From NCBI GenBank assembly GCA_001774395.1, contig MEZX01000003.1, positions 9,903-73,902 on the forward strand: a stretch of 64,000 nt of DNA, given 5' to 3'. The notes beneath the pieces were generated by a model. It worked only from the letters and a program-made list of their open reading frames with translations, made no database searches and was not told where the DNA came from. Shown in pieces: positions 9,240-18,278 of the stretch. The position numbers and the translations under genes are program-made. Position 1 is the first letter of the stretch, and every line of letters starts with the position of its first letter. Source of the DNA: Candidatus Berkelbacteria bacterium RIFCSPLOWO2_01_FULL_50_28. GTDB lineage: Bacteria; Patescibacteriota; UBA1384; 2-12-FULL-50-11.

Positions 9240-9416
9240 TTATTACAGCCTTTCTACTGTTGGTTGGTTTTCCAACCGAGCTCCCGAACAGTAGTGCCGC
9301 CTATCTAACGAGTGGGGCAACAATCCGAAAGCAATTTAGCTTTACTTAGTCCTGGATTGAACCCGAGGAGTCACATAAAGTTCTGCAAGCATAACAGTAA
9401 TATCGGCGAATGTCCA
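9240..9416 (-). promoter_or_regulatory. Promoter and long structured 5' leader of the helicase
   Basis: TGGACA-17-TATGCT at 9416-9388; leader hairpin CUACUGUU..GGUUGG-AAAA-CCAACC-AACAGUAG. Confidence 0.5.
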
Positions 9417-9566
9417 GCTTAAAGGGGTTGGGTTGTGATCTTGTGGTCTATTGTAAAGCAAACTTTACCCCCACACCGAAATGAACTTCGGTGCGGGGCA
9501 GGCATTTTTTATCCCGCCTGCTAGGAGGCTTTATGTAAAGGACGCTTTACAGTATACTTTTAGGTA

Positions 9567-10220
9567 ATGGACGGCAAAGTGTTGGTGATTTCCGATACCC
9601 ATTTGACTACAAAATTTAACCCGAAGAAATTCGAGTTGCTACGTGGGCTCATAAATTCGTGCGATCAAGTTGTTATTAACGGCGATTTTTACGAAGGGTT
9701 CGTCATTAATTTTTCCCAGTTCGTGACTTCGCCGTGGCAACAATTATTCCCCATACTGAAACAGAAAAAAGCAATCTATCTGCCCGGAAACCATGAGAAG
9801 AACCTTCCGGATCACGGCTACGAGCAGTTTTGCGACCAAGTTATGGAGAAGTATGAATTCGAGCAAAACGGGGTGACATTCCATGTTTTTCACGGGCACG
9901 GTGTGGACCGAACTTTCGACGTCCGGAATCCAAATTTTCCGAGATTCATCTCTGGGGTTGTCTCTCGGTCGGAAAAAATAGTTTGCGCAGTTTTTGGGCG
10001 TCGCTACACTAAAATCTACAAGTATGAAAACCAAATTCTGAAGAGATGGAAACTCAAAAACCTACCTTTGAATGACTGGCTGATCTGCGGTCACACCCAT
10101 TTAGCCGAACTTGACGAAACGGCAAGATTTGCCAATTCAGGCTTGTTTTTGTCAGAGAAGTTGGCGAGTTACTTAACAATTGAAAACGGTAAAATAGACC
10201 TTCACTACATCGATGGCTAG
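9567..10220 (+). CDS. Calcineurin-like metallophosphoesterase
   Basis: SDTH, NGD, GNHE, HGH, GHTH motifs. Confidence 0.9.
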   Translation: MDGKVLVISDTHLTTKFNPKKFELLRGLINSCDQVVINGDFYEGFVINFSQFVTSPWQQLFPILKQKKAIYLPGNHEKNLPDHGYEQFCDQVMEKYEFEQNGVTFHVFHGHGVDRTFDVRNPNFPRFISGVVSRSEKIVCAVFGRRYTKIYKYENQILKRWKLKNLPLNDWLICGHTHLAELDETARFANSGLFLSEKLASYLTIENGKIDLHYIDG

Positions 10221-10821
10221 AGATTATTACGAAGTTTTAGGGGTTTCGCGTTCTGCCAGCGAGCAAGAGATAAAAAAGGCTTATCGAAGTAAGGCCCATA
10301 GACTGCATCCCGATAAAGGTGGGGATAAAGCGGCGTTTCAAGAAATAAACGAGGCCTACCAAGTTTTGAGTGATAAAAATAAAAAAGCCCAGTACGACCA
10401 GTTTGGCTCGGTCGGTCGAGGAGCCGGTGGATTTGGCGGCGCTTCACAACAGGGTGGAGGATTCGGTGGTTTTGACGGCTTTAATGTAAATTTTGGCGGC
10501 GGCCAGAGCCAGGGCGGTTTTGGCTCAATTTTTGAAGATTTATTTGAATCGGCTTTTTCGCAGGTTCAAGTCCAGCTCCAAATTTCGATCCCGCAAGCGG
10601 TTCTCGGCGATACTGTCCGTTTTAAAACTAATTTTGGCGACGAGGTCGAGTTAAGAATCCCGCCAGCTACCCAAGAAGGACAGTCCTACAGGTTCAGAGG
10701 TAAAGGTCAACAAACCCGTCGCGGCCGTGGCGATCTGACGGTAGTCATCCACATAGACATCCCCCGCCGCCTATCTCGCGAACAAAAAGAGCTTTACGAG
10801 CAACTGAAAAGAGCCTCCTAA
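10213..10821 (+). CDS. Short DnaJ-class co-chaperone (J domain, G/F region, partial C-terminal domain)
   Basis: [13 protein letters not shown]-rich linker, no zinc finger. Confidence 0.92.
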   Translation: MARDYYEVLGVSRSASEQEIKKAYRSKAHRLHPDKGGDKAAFQEINEAYQVLSDKNKKAQYDQFGSVGRGAGGFGGASQQGGGFGGFDGFNVNFGGGQSQGGFGSIFEDLFESAFSQVQVQLQISIPQAVLGDTVRFKTNFGDEVELRIPPATQEGQSYRFRGKGQQTRRGRGDLTVVIHIDIPRRLSREQKELYEQLKRAS

Positions 10822-10827
10822 GTCAGC

Positions 10828-11172
10828 GGCCTGGGAGACCGCATCACCAACAGCTTTACGTTCATCGCTGAGATCGAAGGTCGCTTCAACCGCAACCAAC
10901 GGACGAATCGAAAGGATCGAAACGTTCAGAGCCATCCCCCGAAGGCGATAGCAAGACAAGCACTTGAGCGCTTGCCACCGAGTTTACTCGGCGTCGAGAG
11001 CCAGAGCTCTCACTCGGACGAGTTACAGATCGCTGTTTGGCTTAAACGATCCCCAGGCCTTTTGAGCGCGCTCTAGACTTTCCCAGAGGGGCTAGAGCAT
11101 TGTCAGGTACGCTTAAACCAACCGTATCAACGGTGAAATGGAAATCAAGTCTAAAAAGATTGACCACCCCGT
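10828..11172 (-). ncRNA. Putative RT-associated structured ncRNA, downstream of the RT
   Basis: Closing stem 11059-11047 with 10841-10828, second stem 11041-11032 with 10854-10846, stacked hairpins 10996-11011, 10977-10992, 10955-10976, 10931-10952 (cUUCGg), 10879-10897; G-U pairs form on the minus strand. Confidence 0.7.
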
Positions 11173-12144
11173 TCAGGAAGTGGCCAATTTTGGCGAGATG
11201 GTTTGAGCGCAGAGCTGGCGGTACGCGCAGTATCGATCCATTACTCGCTTCTCAGTGGAGTTGGGTCTTCGACGGTAACGCCGACCACCTTTCCGACGAA
11301 CTGAGGGGTCTTGCAGTGAGGCGAGTAGCTGGCTCATCATCCCGCTGATCTGCACCTGAGTCGCCTTGTCACACAGACCTTTTTCGATCGCGTTGTGAAT
11401 AGCACCGCGAATCTTGCCGAGGTAGCTGCGTGGCAGGATGATGCTCCGATTCTGATTGAGTGTGAATCCAGCGATCTTGACTGGCCCGCGGTTCAGGTCA
11501 AGGATTTGGGTCTTACTTTCATGGATCACCAAACCAGCTTCGCGCATCAGGCCGTAGATGGCCTGGCGTTTCTTCTTGCCGATTCTCGTCATTGACGACA
11601 AGGTGATGTCGTCGAGATAACGGGTGTACGTCAGACCGTACTGCTTGCAGAGCTCTATGAGTTTGCTGTCGAGCAGGACTGCCACGTAGAGATTGTAGAG
11701 ATCGGGCGAGGCTGGTGCTCCAGTGAGCAGGCCGCCTTTGTTGTTAAGACAGTAGCGCTGGAGGAACTGTGTGACTACTTCAGATCCAAATAGATCGCGC
11801 GGCAGAGTTGGATCAAGCTCCAACAAGACCTGGACCAACTTCTCTTCGTCAACTGTTCCGTAAGCATCCTTGATGTCTAACAGCAAAAAGTACCTATTGT
11901 TTCGGTGCGGAAAGATGTTGGTGATTGACGAATGGCCTTTCCTGGCGCCGGTGGCCGCGGAAAGATCGGCTGGTAGCGAACGAAGGTAGCTAATCAGTGC
12001 GCTATGAACCTCTCGCATTTGAGCGTTAGGTGCGGAAATGTGACGACGTTTGGTTCTGCCGCCGAGAGGGTTCACATCCTTCAGAAAGAAGTGACGAAAA
12101 GCTGCTCCCTCGACAGGAGCGGCCAATATTGGTTTGTTTGACAT
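11173..12144 (-). CDS. Retron-like reverse transcriptase (stand-alone)
   Basis: R.I.AP, NxxxH (NIFPH), LDIKDAY, GAPASP.L.N, YTRYLDDITLS, K(T)..IAG. Confidence 0.93.
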   Translation of the reverse strand: MSNKPILAAPVEGAAFRHFFLKDVNPLGGRTKRRHISAPNAQMREVHSALISYLRSLPADLSAATGARKGHSSITNIFPHRNNRYFLLLDIKDAYGTVDEEKLVQVLLELDPTLPRDLFGSEVVTQFLQRYCLNNKGGLLTGAPASPDLYNLYVAVLLDSKLIELCKQYGLTYTRYLDDITLSSMTRIGKKKRQAIYGLMREAGLVIHESKTQILDLNRGPVKIAGFTLNQNRSIILPRSYLGKIRGAIHNAIEKGLCDKATQVQISGMMSQLLASLQDPSVRRKGGRRYRRRPNSTEKRVMDRYCAYRQLCAQTISPKLATS

Positions 12145-12150
12145 CTGTTA

Positions 12151-12236
12151 CTCCTGTTGTGGTTGATGTGAAAGGGCGAAGAATTCCAGCGAAGATGGGG
12201 CAGGGAAAGATTACGACTTACTCTTGGTTGAGTCAA
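12151..12236 (-). promoter_or_regulatory. RT promoter and SD
   Basis: TTGACT (12236-12231)-17 nt-TAATCT (12213-12208); AGGAG at 12155-12151. Confidence 0.7.
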
Positions 12237-12254
12237 GCAAAACTTTTTCAAGAT

Positions 12255-12326
12255 GATATTCCCGGCCGGGTTCGTCTCTCTCGTGAACAAAGAGAGCTGT
12301 ACGAACAGCTAAAAAACTTAAGTTAA
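12255..12326 (+). repeat. Displaced second copy of the dnaJ 3' end
   Basis: Encodes DIPGRVRLSREQRELYEQLKNLS* versus [21 protein letters not shown] at 10756-10821. Confidence 0.85.
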
Positions 12327-13378
12327 CCGGCGTTGGCTTCGAGAAATTCCAGCACCACTTCTTCTTCGGGCAGCAAACCAACGGTATCTACTTCAAGAGT
12401 GCTGATAGTATCGACTTTGGGGCCATTTCCGCTCAAGAAGCTTTCCAAAACAAACGGGTGGACGTAACATTTACGACAAACGGTGGGCGTATTACCAAGC
12501 TCGGCGGCGACGGTTTTAATCGTGGCAGTGATCAACTTTTTGTTCTCGCGTTCGGTTTTGGCGCGCTGACACTCAGAGAGCAGAATCGCCGCCAAAATCG
12601 TCCCTCGCCAGGTACGAAAATCTTTGGCGGTGAACTCTTCGCCAGATGCATCTTGGATATACTCGTTGACATCTGCCGAATCGATACCGTGCAGGTTGTC
12701 ATCCTCGTCAATAAATTGAAATAGCTCTTGCCCGGGCAAGTCTTGGAGCCTGCCGATCAGGCGAGCCAGGCGGCGATCTTCGAACTCGACGGTGTGAAAC
12801 TGGCCGCTTTTACCCTTGAAGTTGATAGTGACTTTAATCGAGCCAACCTCGACGTGACGGTTACGCAAAGTGGTTAGGCCGTACGATTGGTTTTCTTTGG
12901 CGTACTGCTCGTTGCCGACGCGAATCATTGTTTTCTCGAGTAATTTAACGATTGTCGCTAAGACCTTTTCCCGTGGCAGGCCCTGCTTGTTCATGTCTTC
13001 GGACATTTGGGAGCGGATTTTTGGCAGAGCCTTGCCAAATTCGATTGTTTTTTCAAATTTGGACTGATCGCGAAATTTTAACCAGTCGGGATGGTAGCGG
13101 TACTGTTTGCGGCCTTTCTCGTCGGTGCCGATTGCTTGCAGATGGCTGTTAGCAACGGGCGAGATGACGACATTCTCCCAGCCCGGCGGCAGGACGAGCG
13201 AACGAATTCTCTCAAGCGTTTCTGGTTCGGTGATGTTTTCGTCTTCTTTTTTGTAATAGTAAAACTTGTCGCCGCGTTTAGCGCGTTTGATTGTTAGTTG
13301 GTCTTCGCGAAAGTAACGCAACCCGGCCTCTTTGGCCGAAGCGACCGGGTCGCCGGTAAGCTCAATGACGTTTTCCAT
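12323..13378 (-). CDS. DNA topoisomerase IB
   Basis: GRKQYRYH, IRVGNE.Y, F.GKSG, TAKDFRTW, LGNTPTVCRKCYVHP. Confidence 0.95.
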   Translation of the reverse strand: MENVIELTGDPVASAKEAGLRYFREDQLTIKRAKRGDKFYYYKKEDENITEPETLERIRSLVLPPGWENVVISPVANSHLQAIGTDEKGRKQYRYHPDWLKFRDQSKFEKTIEFGKALPKIRSQMSEDMNKQGLPREKVLATIVKLLEKTMIRVGNEQYAKENQSYGLTTLRNRHVEVGSIKVTINFKGKSGQFHTVEFEDRRLARLIGRLQDLPGQELFQFIDEDDNLHGIDSADVNEYIQDASGEEFTAKDFRTWRGTILAAILLSECQRAKTERENKKLITATIKTVAAELGNTPTVCRKCYVHPFVLESFLSGNGPKVDTISTLEVDTVGLLPEEEVVLEFLEANAG

Positions 13379-13479
13379 TGCGGTTAGTGTAGCACATCAG
13401 ATTCGAGACTCGACTTGGCTGATTGGGGCGGCAGTTCGTTGGACAAACGGTTGCCCGAGCTTGGGGCCCGGGCAATTGG

Positions 13480-14010
13480 TCATTCATCGATGATCTGGCC
13501 GATTACGATCTTTTTTTCGAGGCACTCGTCTTTAGAGGTGAAAAGGAAATAACCGGTCAGGATTTTCCCATCAAGAACTGGTTCAATCCAGCTCTCATCC
13601 TCTTGCCACATCTCGTGGTAGGGGATGTTGTGACGCTTCCACCACTTTGGTGCCATCTCTTCGCTTTCAGCTGGATCGCCCTCCCACTTTTCAGCCTCGT
13701 AGACGTAGCATTTCTGATTCCATCTCTTCTCCGGTGCCACGTCTGAGAAGTAGAAATACAGAATTGCCACCAGCCGAACCTTGATGAGGTCAGTGCCAAG
13801 TTCGTCTCTAGTTTCACGAACAACGCAATCTTCCGGCGATTCGTTCAGCTCTTCCTCGGTTTTTCCACCAGAGAAGTTCCACTTGCCTTCCCCAAAACCT
13901 CGTTTCTTCATTGCCAAGTTCACCAGATCGCCCTTGCGAATGATGCCCAGAGTGGTTTTGCGCAAACTACCAACATGAGCCCTGCGATGCTCTGTAAGGT
14001 TCATAGTCAA
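13480..14010 (-). CDS. NUDIX hydrolase (8-oxo-dGTPase/MTH1-like)
   Basis: KKRGFGEGKWN..GGK..RE..DELG, ESEEMAPKW, MW..D..W. Confidence 0.88.
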   Translation of the reverse strand: MTMNLTEHRRAHVGSLRKTTLGIIRKGDLVNLAMKKRGFGEGKWNFSGGKTEEELNESPEDCVVRETRDELGTDLIKVRLVAILYFYFSDVAPEKRWNQKCYVYEAEKWEGDPAESEEMAPKWWKRHNIPYHEMWQEDESWIEPVLDGKILTGYFLFTSKDECLEKKIVIGQIIDE

Positions 14011-14095
14011 GTTGTAACCAAAAAAACTAAGAGAAACAATATCGGTTTATAAAAAATAATGCGCGGCCACCGGGGGCCGCGCAAAGGAGTCGGGC

Positions 14096-15538
14096 TCAGA
14101 CAGTATTGCCAAGCAGGTATTCGATTGCCTGCTTAGCACCGTATGAGTCGTTCGGACCATCCATCAGGAACGGGAGAAAATCCAGATTTCCCGCAGTTAC
14201 GACCGCGGGCTCTCCCTTGTTGCCTAATCTGGCCGTGACCATCAGACCATTACAGAGACATCCCCTGCCGACGGTATCTTCGAGTTTCCCGCCCTTAGCG
14301 GTATACTTCTTCTCCGGTTCGGCGGCGCATCTGTAGCCGATGGAACCGTCTGGCTTCTCGTACAGAGAGACCAGAGCGCACTGATTACAGACGCGATCTC
14401 TCTTCCTGAAGACCTCTGGGTCAGCGATCGTCCCTTCCAGCTCTACAACTTGAAAAGGATATCCTGTTGGAGAGATGTCCATATCAGTACGAACTTTCAA
14501 TGTGCCATTGTACCCCTGCCTCCGAACTTCGCGGCGAATTTCAGGATCCATTCCGGAATCGTCACTGAAAGCAAACATAGAGCCGACTTGGATGCCCATT
14601 GCGCCGACCGACAGTGCCCAGCGGAGTCTTTCCGGTGAGGCGCAAGAACCACCGATATAGAACCGCACACCGAGTGCGACGAGCTTGGCATAGTCGACAA
14701 CATCCTTTTCGCCGTAGACAAGAATTTGTTCGCCGTCAGCGTTTATCGCGGGGGTTCTCGGCGGAGCGTTATGCCCGCCAGCCGTTGGCCCTTCAACGAC
14801 AAGAGCGGCGATATCTCCTTCGATCTTCGTCGCAAAGAGAATGGCAAGGGCGGTCGAGGCAACGATGGGAATGAATCCCGGCTTCTTCATCGGCGGCAAT
14901 TCGCTTCCGAAGAACTTTTTGGGATCAAAACTCATCGCATACTTCTTGGTCTTTCCGTCGATACCGGCGTAATCTACGTCGTAGTGGACTACTCTTCCTT
15001 CGGCGATCGCGTCGATCACGTCAGGGATTTGTCGCGGTATGCCAGCACCCACGGTTACGAAGTCCACACCAGCCATCATCGCACCAAGGATACCGCACAT
15101 CAGTGACATGGAAATTTTCGCCATGTAGTTGATGCTGACCGGATTACTGTGTCCCTCTTTCGCTAAGTAGACAAAGGCGTAGTTAGCGCAAATTGTCAGA
15201 GCGATCAAGCGAGCCGGGGGTTTGACAGTAAAAACTGGTTTACCCTTGTACTTTGCTCCAGCCGGAATCCCGCCTTCGACGAAATACTCGTCAAGCACCC
15301 CTTTGGCCATATTCTGGAACGGAAAAGTTGCCAAAGCGCGTCGAAGGTGTCCACCTAGATCGCCTTCTTGCAAAAGCCGCGCTAGCAGAATATCTGCACC
15401 GACACCCGACACGGTACCAAGTTGGCCAAGCATCGAGACGATTCGTGCTAGCGGCCAGATCGAGATATTGAATCCCATCCCTCCCTGGATAACCCGCGGG
15501 AGGCAGTGGACTTCTGTCGAACTGTTAAGTTTCTTCAA
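14096..15538 (-). CDS. Nitronate monooxygenase family flavoprotein
   Basis: P.VIQGGMG, VEGPTAGGHNAPPR, GIQVGS.FA; AGGAGG SD. Confidence 0.88.
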   Translation of the reverse strand: MKKLNSSTEVHCLPRVIQGGMGFNISIWPLARIVSMLGQLGTVSGVGADILLARLLQEGDLGGHLRRALATFPFQNMAKGVLDEYFVEGGIPAGAKYKGKPVFTVKPPARLIALTICANYAFVYLAKEGHSNPVSINYMAKISMSLMCGILGAMMAGVDFVTVGAGIPRQIPDVIDAIAEGRVVHYDVDYAGIDGKTKKYAMSFDPKKFFGSELPPMKKPGFIPIVASTALAILFATKIEGDIAALVVEGPTAGGHNAPPRTPAINADGEQILVYGEKDVVDYAKLVALGVRFYIGGSCASPERLRWALSVGAMGIQVGSMFAFSDDSGMDPEIRREVRRQGYNGTLKVRTDMDISPTGYPFQVVELEGTIADPEVFRKRDRVCNQCALVSLYEKPDGSIGYRCAAEPEKKYTAKGGKLEDTVGRGCLCNGLMVTARLGNKGEPAVVTAGNLDFLPFLMDGPNDSYGAKQAIEYLLGNTV

Positions 15539-15637
15539 CGCATCACCTCCTTTAGGGTATGCGGGATTATTTTAACTGCTGAGGCTGGCAAAAGATATGG
15601 ATTAGAGATTATGCTCTTGCGCTCGCCAATCATCAAT

Positions 15638-15818
15638 AACCGAAAACTGGCGACTGCCACAGCGATTTCAAAGCTTGGCGAGAAATCGGAGCGTAGCGAG
15701 ATCCTTCCGGTGGCGAGGAGCCGGTTTTCACCTCTCCCCGAAGGGAAGCGTGGCCAGGTATGGGGTGTGGGGAGGTAGGGGCGGCCTTCGCAACTACGAG
15801 CCCCTCCTCCCCACAAAA
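15638..15818 (+). repeat. Structured dispersed repeat, copy 1
   Basis: Homologous to reverse complement of 26865-27079 with compensatory stem changes. Confidence 0.8.
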
Positions 15819-15919
15819 AAGCTGCGGTGCAGTTGCAAACTCACACCGCTGAAAGCGATAGGAACCATTTGACACTCAACCCAGTTGCTTGGATACTAAT
15901 TTGTAGGAGGAACAAGAGA

Positions 15920-16450
15920 GTGCAAGCTGTACCAAGTTGGGACCTATTCTTAACCATCTTTTTCATTGTTAGCATCGGCTACTCCTTTGTGTTGCAACGC
16001 GACAAGGTGGTGGTGACGTTGTTGGCGATTTATGCTGGAATTGTTGTCGCTACGGTGATTGGGCCGTCGGCTCAGGATTTTTTCCAAGGCAACAAGACTG
16101 TTGGTGACCAGCTATTTGTGAAGGCGAACGCCAGCCCGTTCTCAGTTTCGGCAGGACTGTTTATTCTGACGACAATCGTTGTCTCGGTTCGCTCGGGATT
16201 GGGCCGCGGTGGCTCAAGTTCTAGTTCGAAACTTTCAGCCTTTGAGTTGGCGCTGTTTAGCTTTTTGAATTCGGCTTTAATTCTGACGGCGATCTTCTCG
16301 TTTATGGATAAAGAGGCGGCGACCCAGTTTGCCGCTCACTCACGAATTGCCCGAATTTTCATCGACCGTGAGCTTTGGTGGACAATCGCACCGATTATTG
16401 CTCTGGTGGCCACCGGGGGCTTGGGCAAGAGCCGAAGCTCGGATTACTAA
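15920..16450 (+). CDS. Membrane protein (CvpA-like topology)
   Basis: AGGAGG SD before GTG 15920; WDLFL..F..SIGY.F; several TM helices. Confidence 0.7.
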   Translation: MQAVPSWDLFLTIFFIVSIGYSFVLQRDKVVVTLLAIYAGIVVATVIGPSAQDFFQGNKTVGDQLFVKANASPFSVSAGLFILTTIVVSVRSGLGRGGSSSSSKLSAFELALFSFLNSALILTAIFSFMDKEAATQFAAHSRIARIFIDRELWWTIAPIIALVATGGLGKSRSSDY

Positions 16451-16501
16451 AATATCGCGCAAAAAACTGCCGGCACTGAGGCCGGCTTTGGATGTGCTTA
16501 A

Positions 16502-17320
16502 CTACGACTTGGACAGATTTCTTCTTTCAGAGTCGTGGCTTTCCGTAGCAATGGCATAGAGCAGGCCGAGGAAGTGCTCACGCTGAACCACCAGCTTCCA
16601 ATACCTCTCTTCATTCAGGGAGCGGTATTTCTGATCAAACTCTCTGTCGACATCGATTGGTTTTCTGTGGTTCACATGCATCAGGTAGTTATGGTGAGCG
16701 ATCATGGCGATGAACTTACGCGTACTGATGACACGTTCGCTTCTCTTCGGGAGATGATCCCAGATTTGGGCAAAACGTCTCAGGGCAAGACTCTCCGTTT
16801 CCTCGAGCAACCTTTTCGGAGGTGCGATCCGGTCAGTATCTGGGTCGTCCTCAAAGCCCAACAAGTTACCTTCCAGTTCCAGCGAACCAATTCTGGTCCG
16901 ACAGCCACTCATCTGGTACCGATAGCCCAGATCGGTCGCCGTCGCCCATTGAAAGAGGTAGAAAACCTCCTGAATCAGGCGCAGATCGTTCGGGCTGAAG
17001 TGATGGTCGGTGTGCCCGGCCAGATGCAAGGGATCCCATAATAGGGTCAAGATTTGCCAAAGCTTTCGATACTCTTTTCTCATATATCTCCTAAAGTGCA
17101 GACGGTGGCCGCCTCGCCCCACACAGCTTCGTGTGACGACGGGCGGCCGGATGACGAACGTCGGCTTACTCTTTGTCGTGCCGAGAGCCCTCGGGCAGCC
17201 GAGCGGGACGGCGATTCTTGGCACCCTGCAACAATCTTCTTGGCAGAATGCTGAACCCTCGTATCTCGGAGCGCCGGGAAATAATCCCCATTGCTCTCTT
17301 GCTCGTTGTATGGTCGACAA
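16502..17320 (-). CDS. Hypothetical protein
   Basis: 272-aa ORF with upstream TTGACT-17-TAGGAT promoter; start uncertain. Confidence 0.55.
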   Translation of the reverse strand: MSTIQRAREQWGLFPGAPRYEGSAFCQEDCCRVPRIAVPLGCPRALGTTKSKPTFVIRPPVVTRSCVGRGGHRLHFRRYMRKEYRKLWQILTLLWDPLHLAGHTDHHFSPNDLRLIQEVFYLFQWATATDLGYRYQMSGCRTRIGSLELEGNLLGFEDDPDTDRIAPPKRLLEETESLALRRFAQIWDHLPKRSERVISTRKFIAMIAHHNYLMHVNHRKPIDVDREFDQKYRSLNEERYWKLVVQREHFLGLLYAIATESHDSERRNLSKS

Positions 17321-17473
17321 AGTCTCTTCCGTGTTTACTCAAGAGTTTCCCTCCAATGGTCTCTTACCTAAGCCGGATGTAAACCCGAGCCTAAGAGTAG
17401 CCATCCTAACAGATTGCGGGGGCAGAGTCAACGCGGGTTCTTTGTTTTTTCACGGTGTGTTAACCTGTGATAA

Positions 17474-18064
17474 ATGGCTATCAGCAAAGAAGAGCAGCGA
17501 ATCATCACGCTCGAGCAAGAGATTGCCCGACTGCGTGAACAGCTAACCACCGACGAGTTAACCAAGATACTCAACCGCAAAGGGTTGATGGAGCTGCTAA
17601 AGCCCTGGGCGCGCGAGGTTGGTTTCCAGCTATCTCACCCAGATCGTCGTAAGGCACTAGTTGTTCGGGCGCTATCGCTGGTTTTTGTCGACGTCGATCA
17701 TTTCAAAAAAGTAAACGATACGTTCGGCCACCAAGCTGGGGATCTGGCGCTAAAAAGTATCGCCAAAGTTTTGAAAGAGAACGTCCGCGAGATTGATATC
17801 GTTGGTCGCTACGGCGGCGAAGAGATTGTGCTGGGGTTAATTGGGGCAAACCTGCAAGACTCCCGAAAAATTGCCGAACATTTACGGGTTAAAATCGCCG
17901 AAAGACCGATCAAATACAAAGACGAAATTATTAAAATTACCGCTAGTTTTGGTGTGTCTGCACTCTCAGCCGATCTGAATTTGGATGCACTGATCAAAAA
18001 AGCCGACGAAGCGCTCTACCGCGCCAAAAATTCCGGCCGCAACAAAGTGGTTACGGCCAATTGA
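17474..18064 (+). CDS. GGDEF-domain diguanylate cyclase
   Basis: TDELT..LNR, DVDHFK.VNDTFGH..GD, RYGGEEI, AD.ALY.AK..GRN. Confidence 0.93.
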   Translation: MAISKEEQRIITLEQEIARLREQLTTDELTKILNRKGLMELLKPWAREVGFQLSHPDRRKALVVRALSLVFVDVDHFKKVNDTFGHQAGDLALKSIAKVLKENVREIDIVGRYGGEEIVLGLIGANLQDSRKIAEHLRVKIAERPIKYKDEIIKITASFGVSALSADLNLDALIKKADEALYRAKNSGRNKVVTAN

Positions 18065-18206
18065 GTCGAAAGGAGTTTTGAGGTAAAATTTGTACTTAGA
18101 GGAAGCACTCGCAACTGCAAAATGCGGAGAAAATTATCCCATTTTTCGTTGCTTCCGTTCGGCAGTTGCAAAACATTCACCGGATGTTTTGCTTAGGTTG
18201 CCTCAT

Positions 18207-18278
18207 AGGCTCGTAGCTCATTGGTAGAGCGTCTCCCTTTTAAGGAGAGCGTAGCGGGTTCGATTCCCGCCGGGCCTA
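18207..18278 (+). tRNA. tRNA-Lys(UUU)
   Basis: Cloverleaf; anticodon arm TCTCC-CTTTTAA-GGAGA; GGTTCGATTCC. Confidence 0.93.

Noticed and set aside
10822-11172. tmRNA, RNase P or SRP RNA
   Set aside because: No tRNA-like ends, GAGGAAAGUCC or SRP domain IV motif seen on either strand.
10822-12144. Group II intron
   Set aside because: No recognisable domain V/VI or GUGCG 5' end, no maturase X domain, and too little upstream RNA.
10756-12326. Diversity-generating retroelement with the dnaJ duplicate as TR/VR
   Set aside because: Mismatches are mostly synonymous and not adenine-specific; the RT has GAPASP rather than the DGR GNxxSQ motif; no adjacent avd.
12323-13378. TopIB as the recombinase for the RT cassette
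   Set aside because: It has ordinary bacterial TopIB motifs and lies outside the duplicated boundaries; adjacency alone is not evidence.
15506-15875. Short ORFs over the structured repeat (also 26739-27340, 36293-36755, 33715-34268)
   Set aside because: They are translations of repeats or tRNA genes, not credible proteins.
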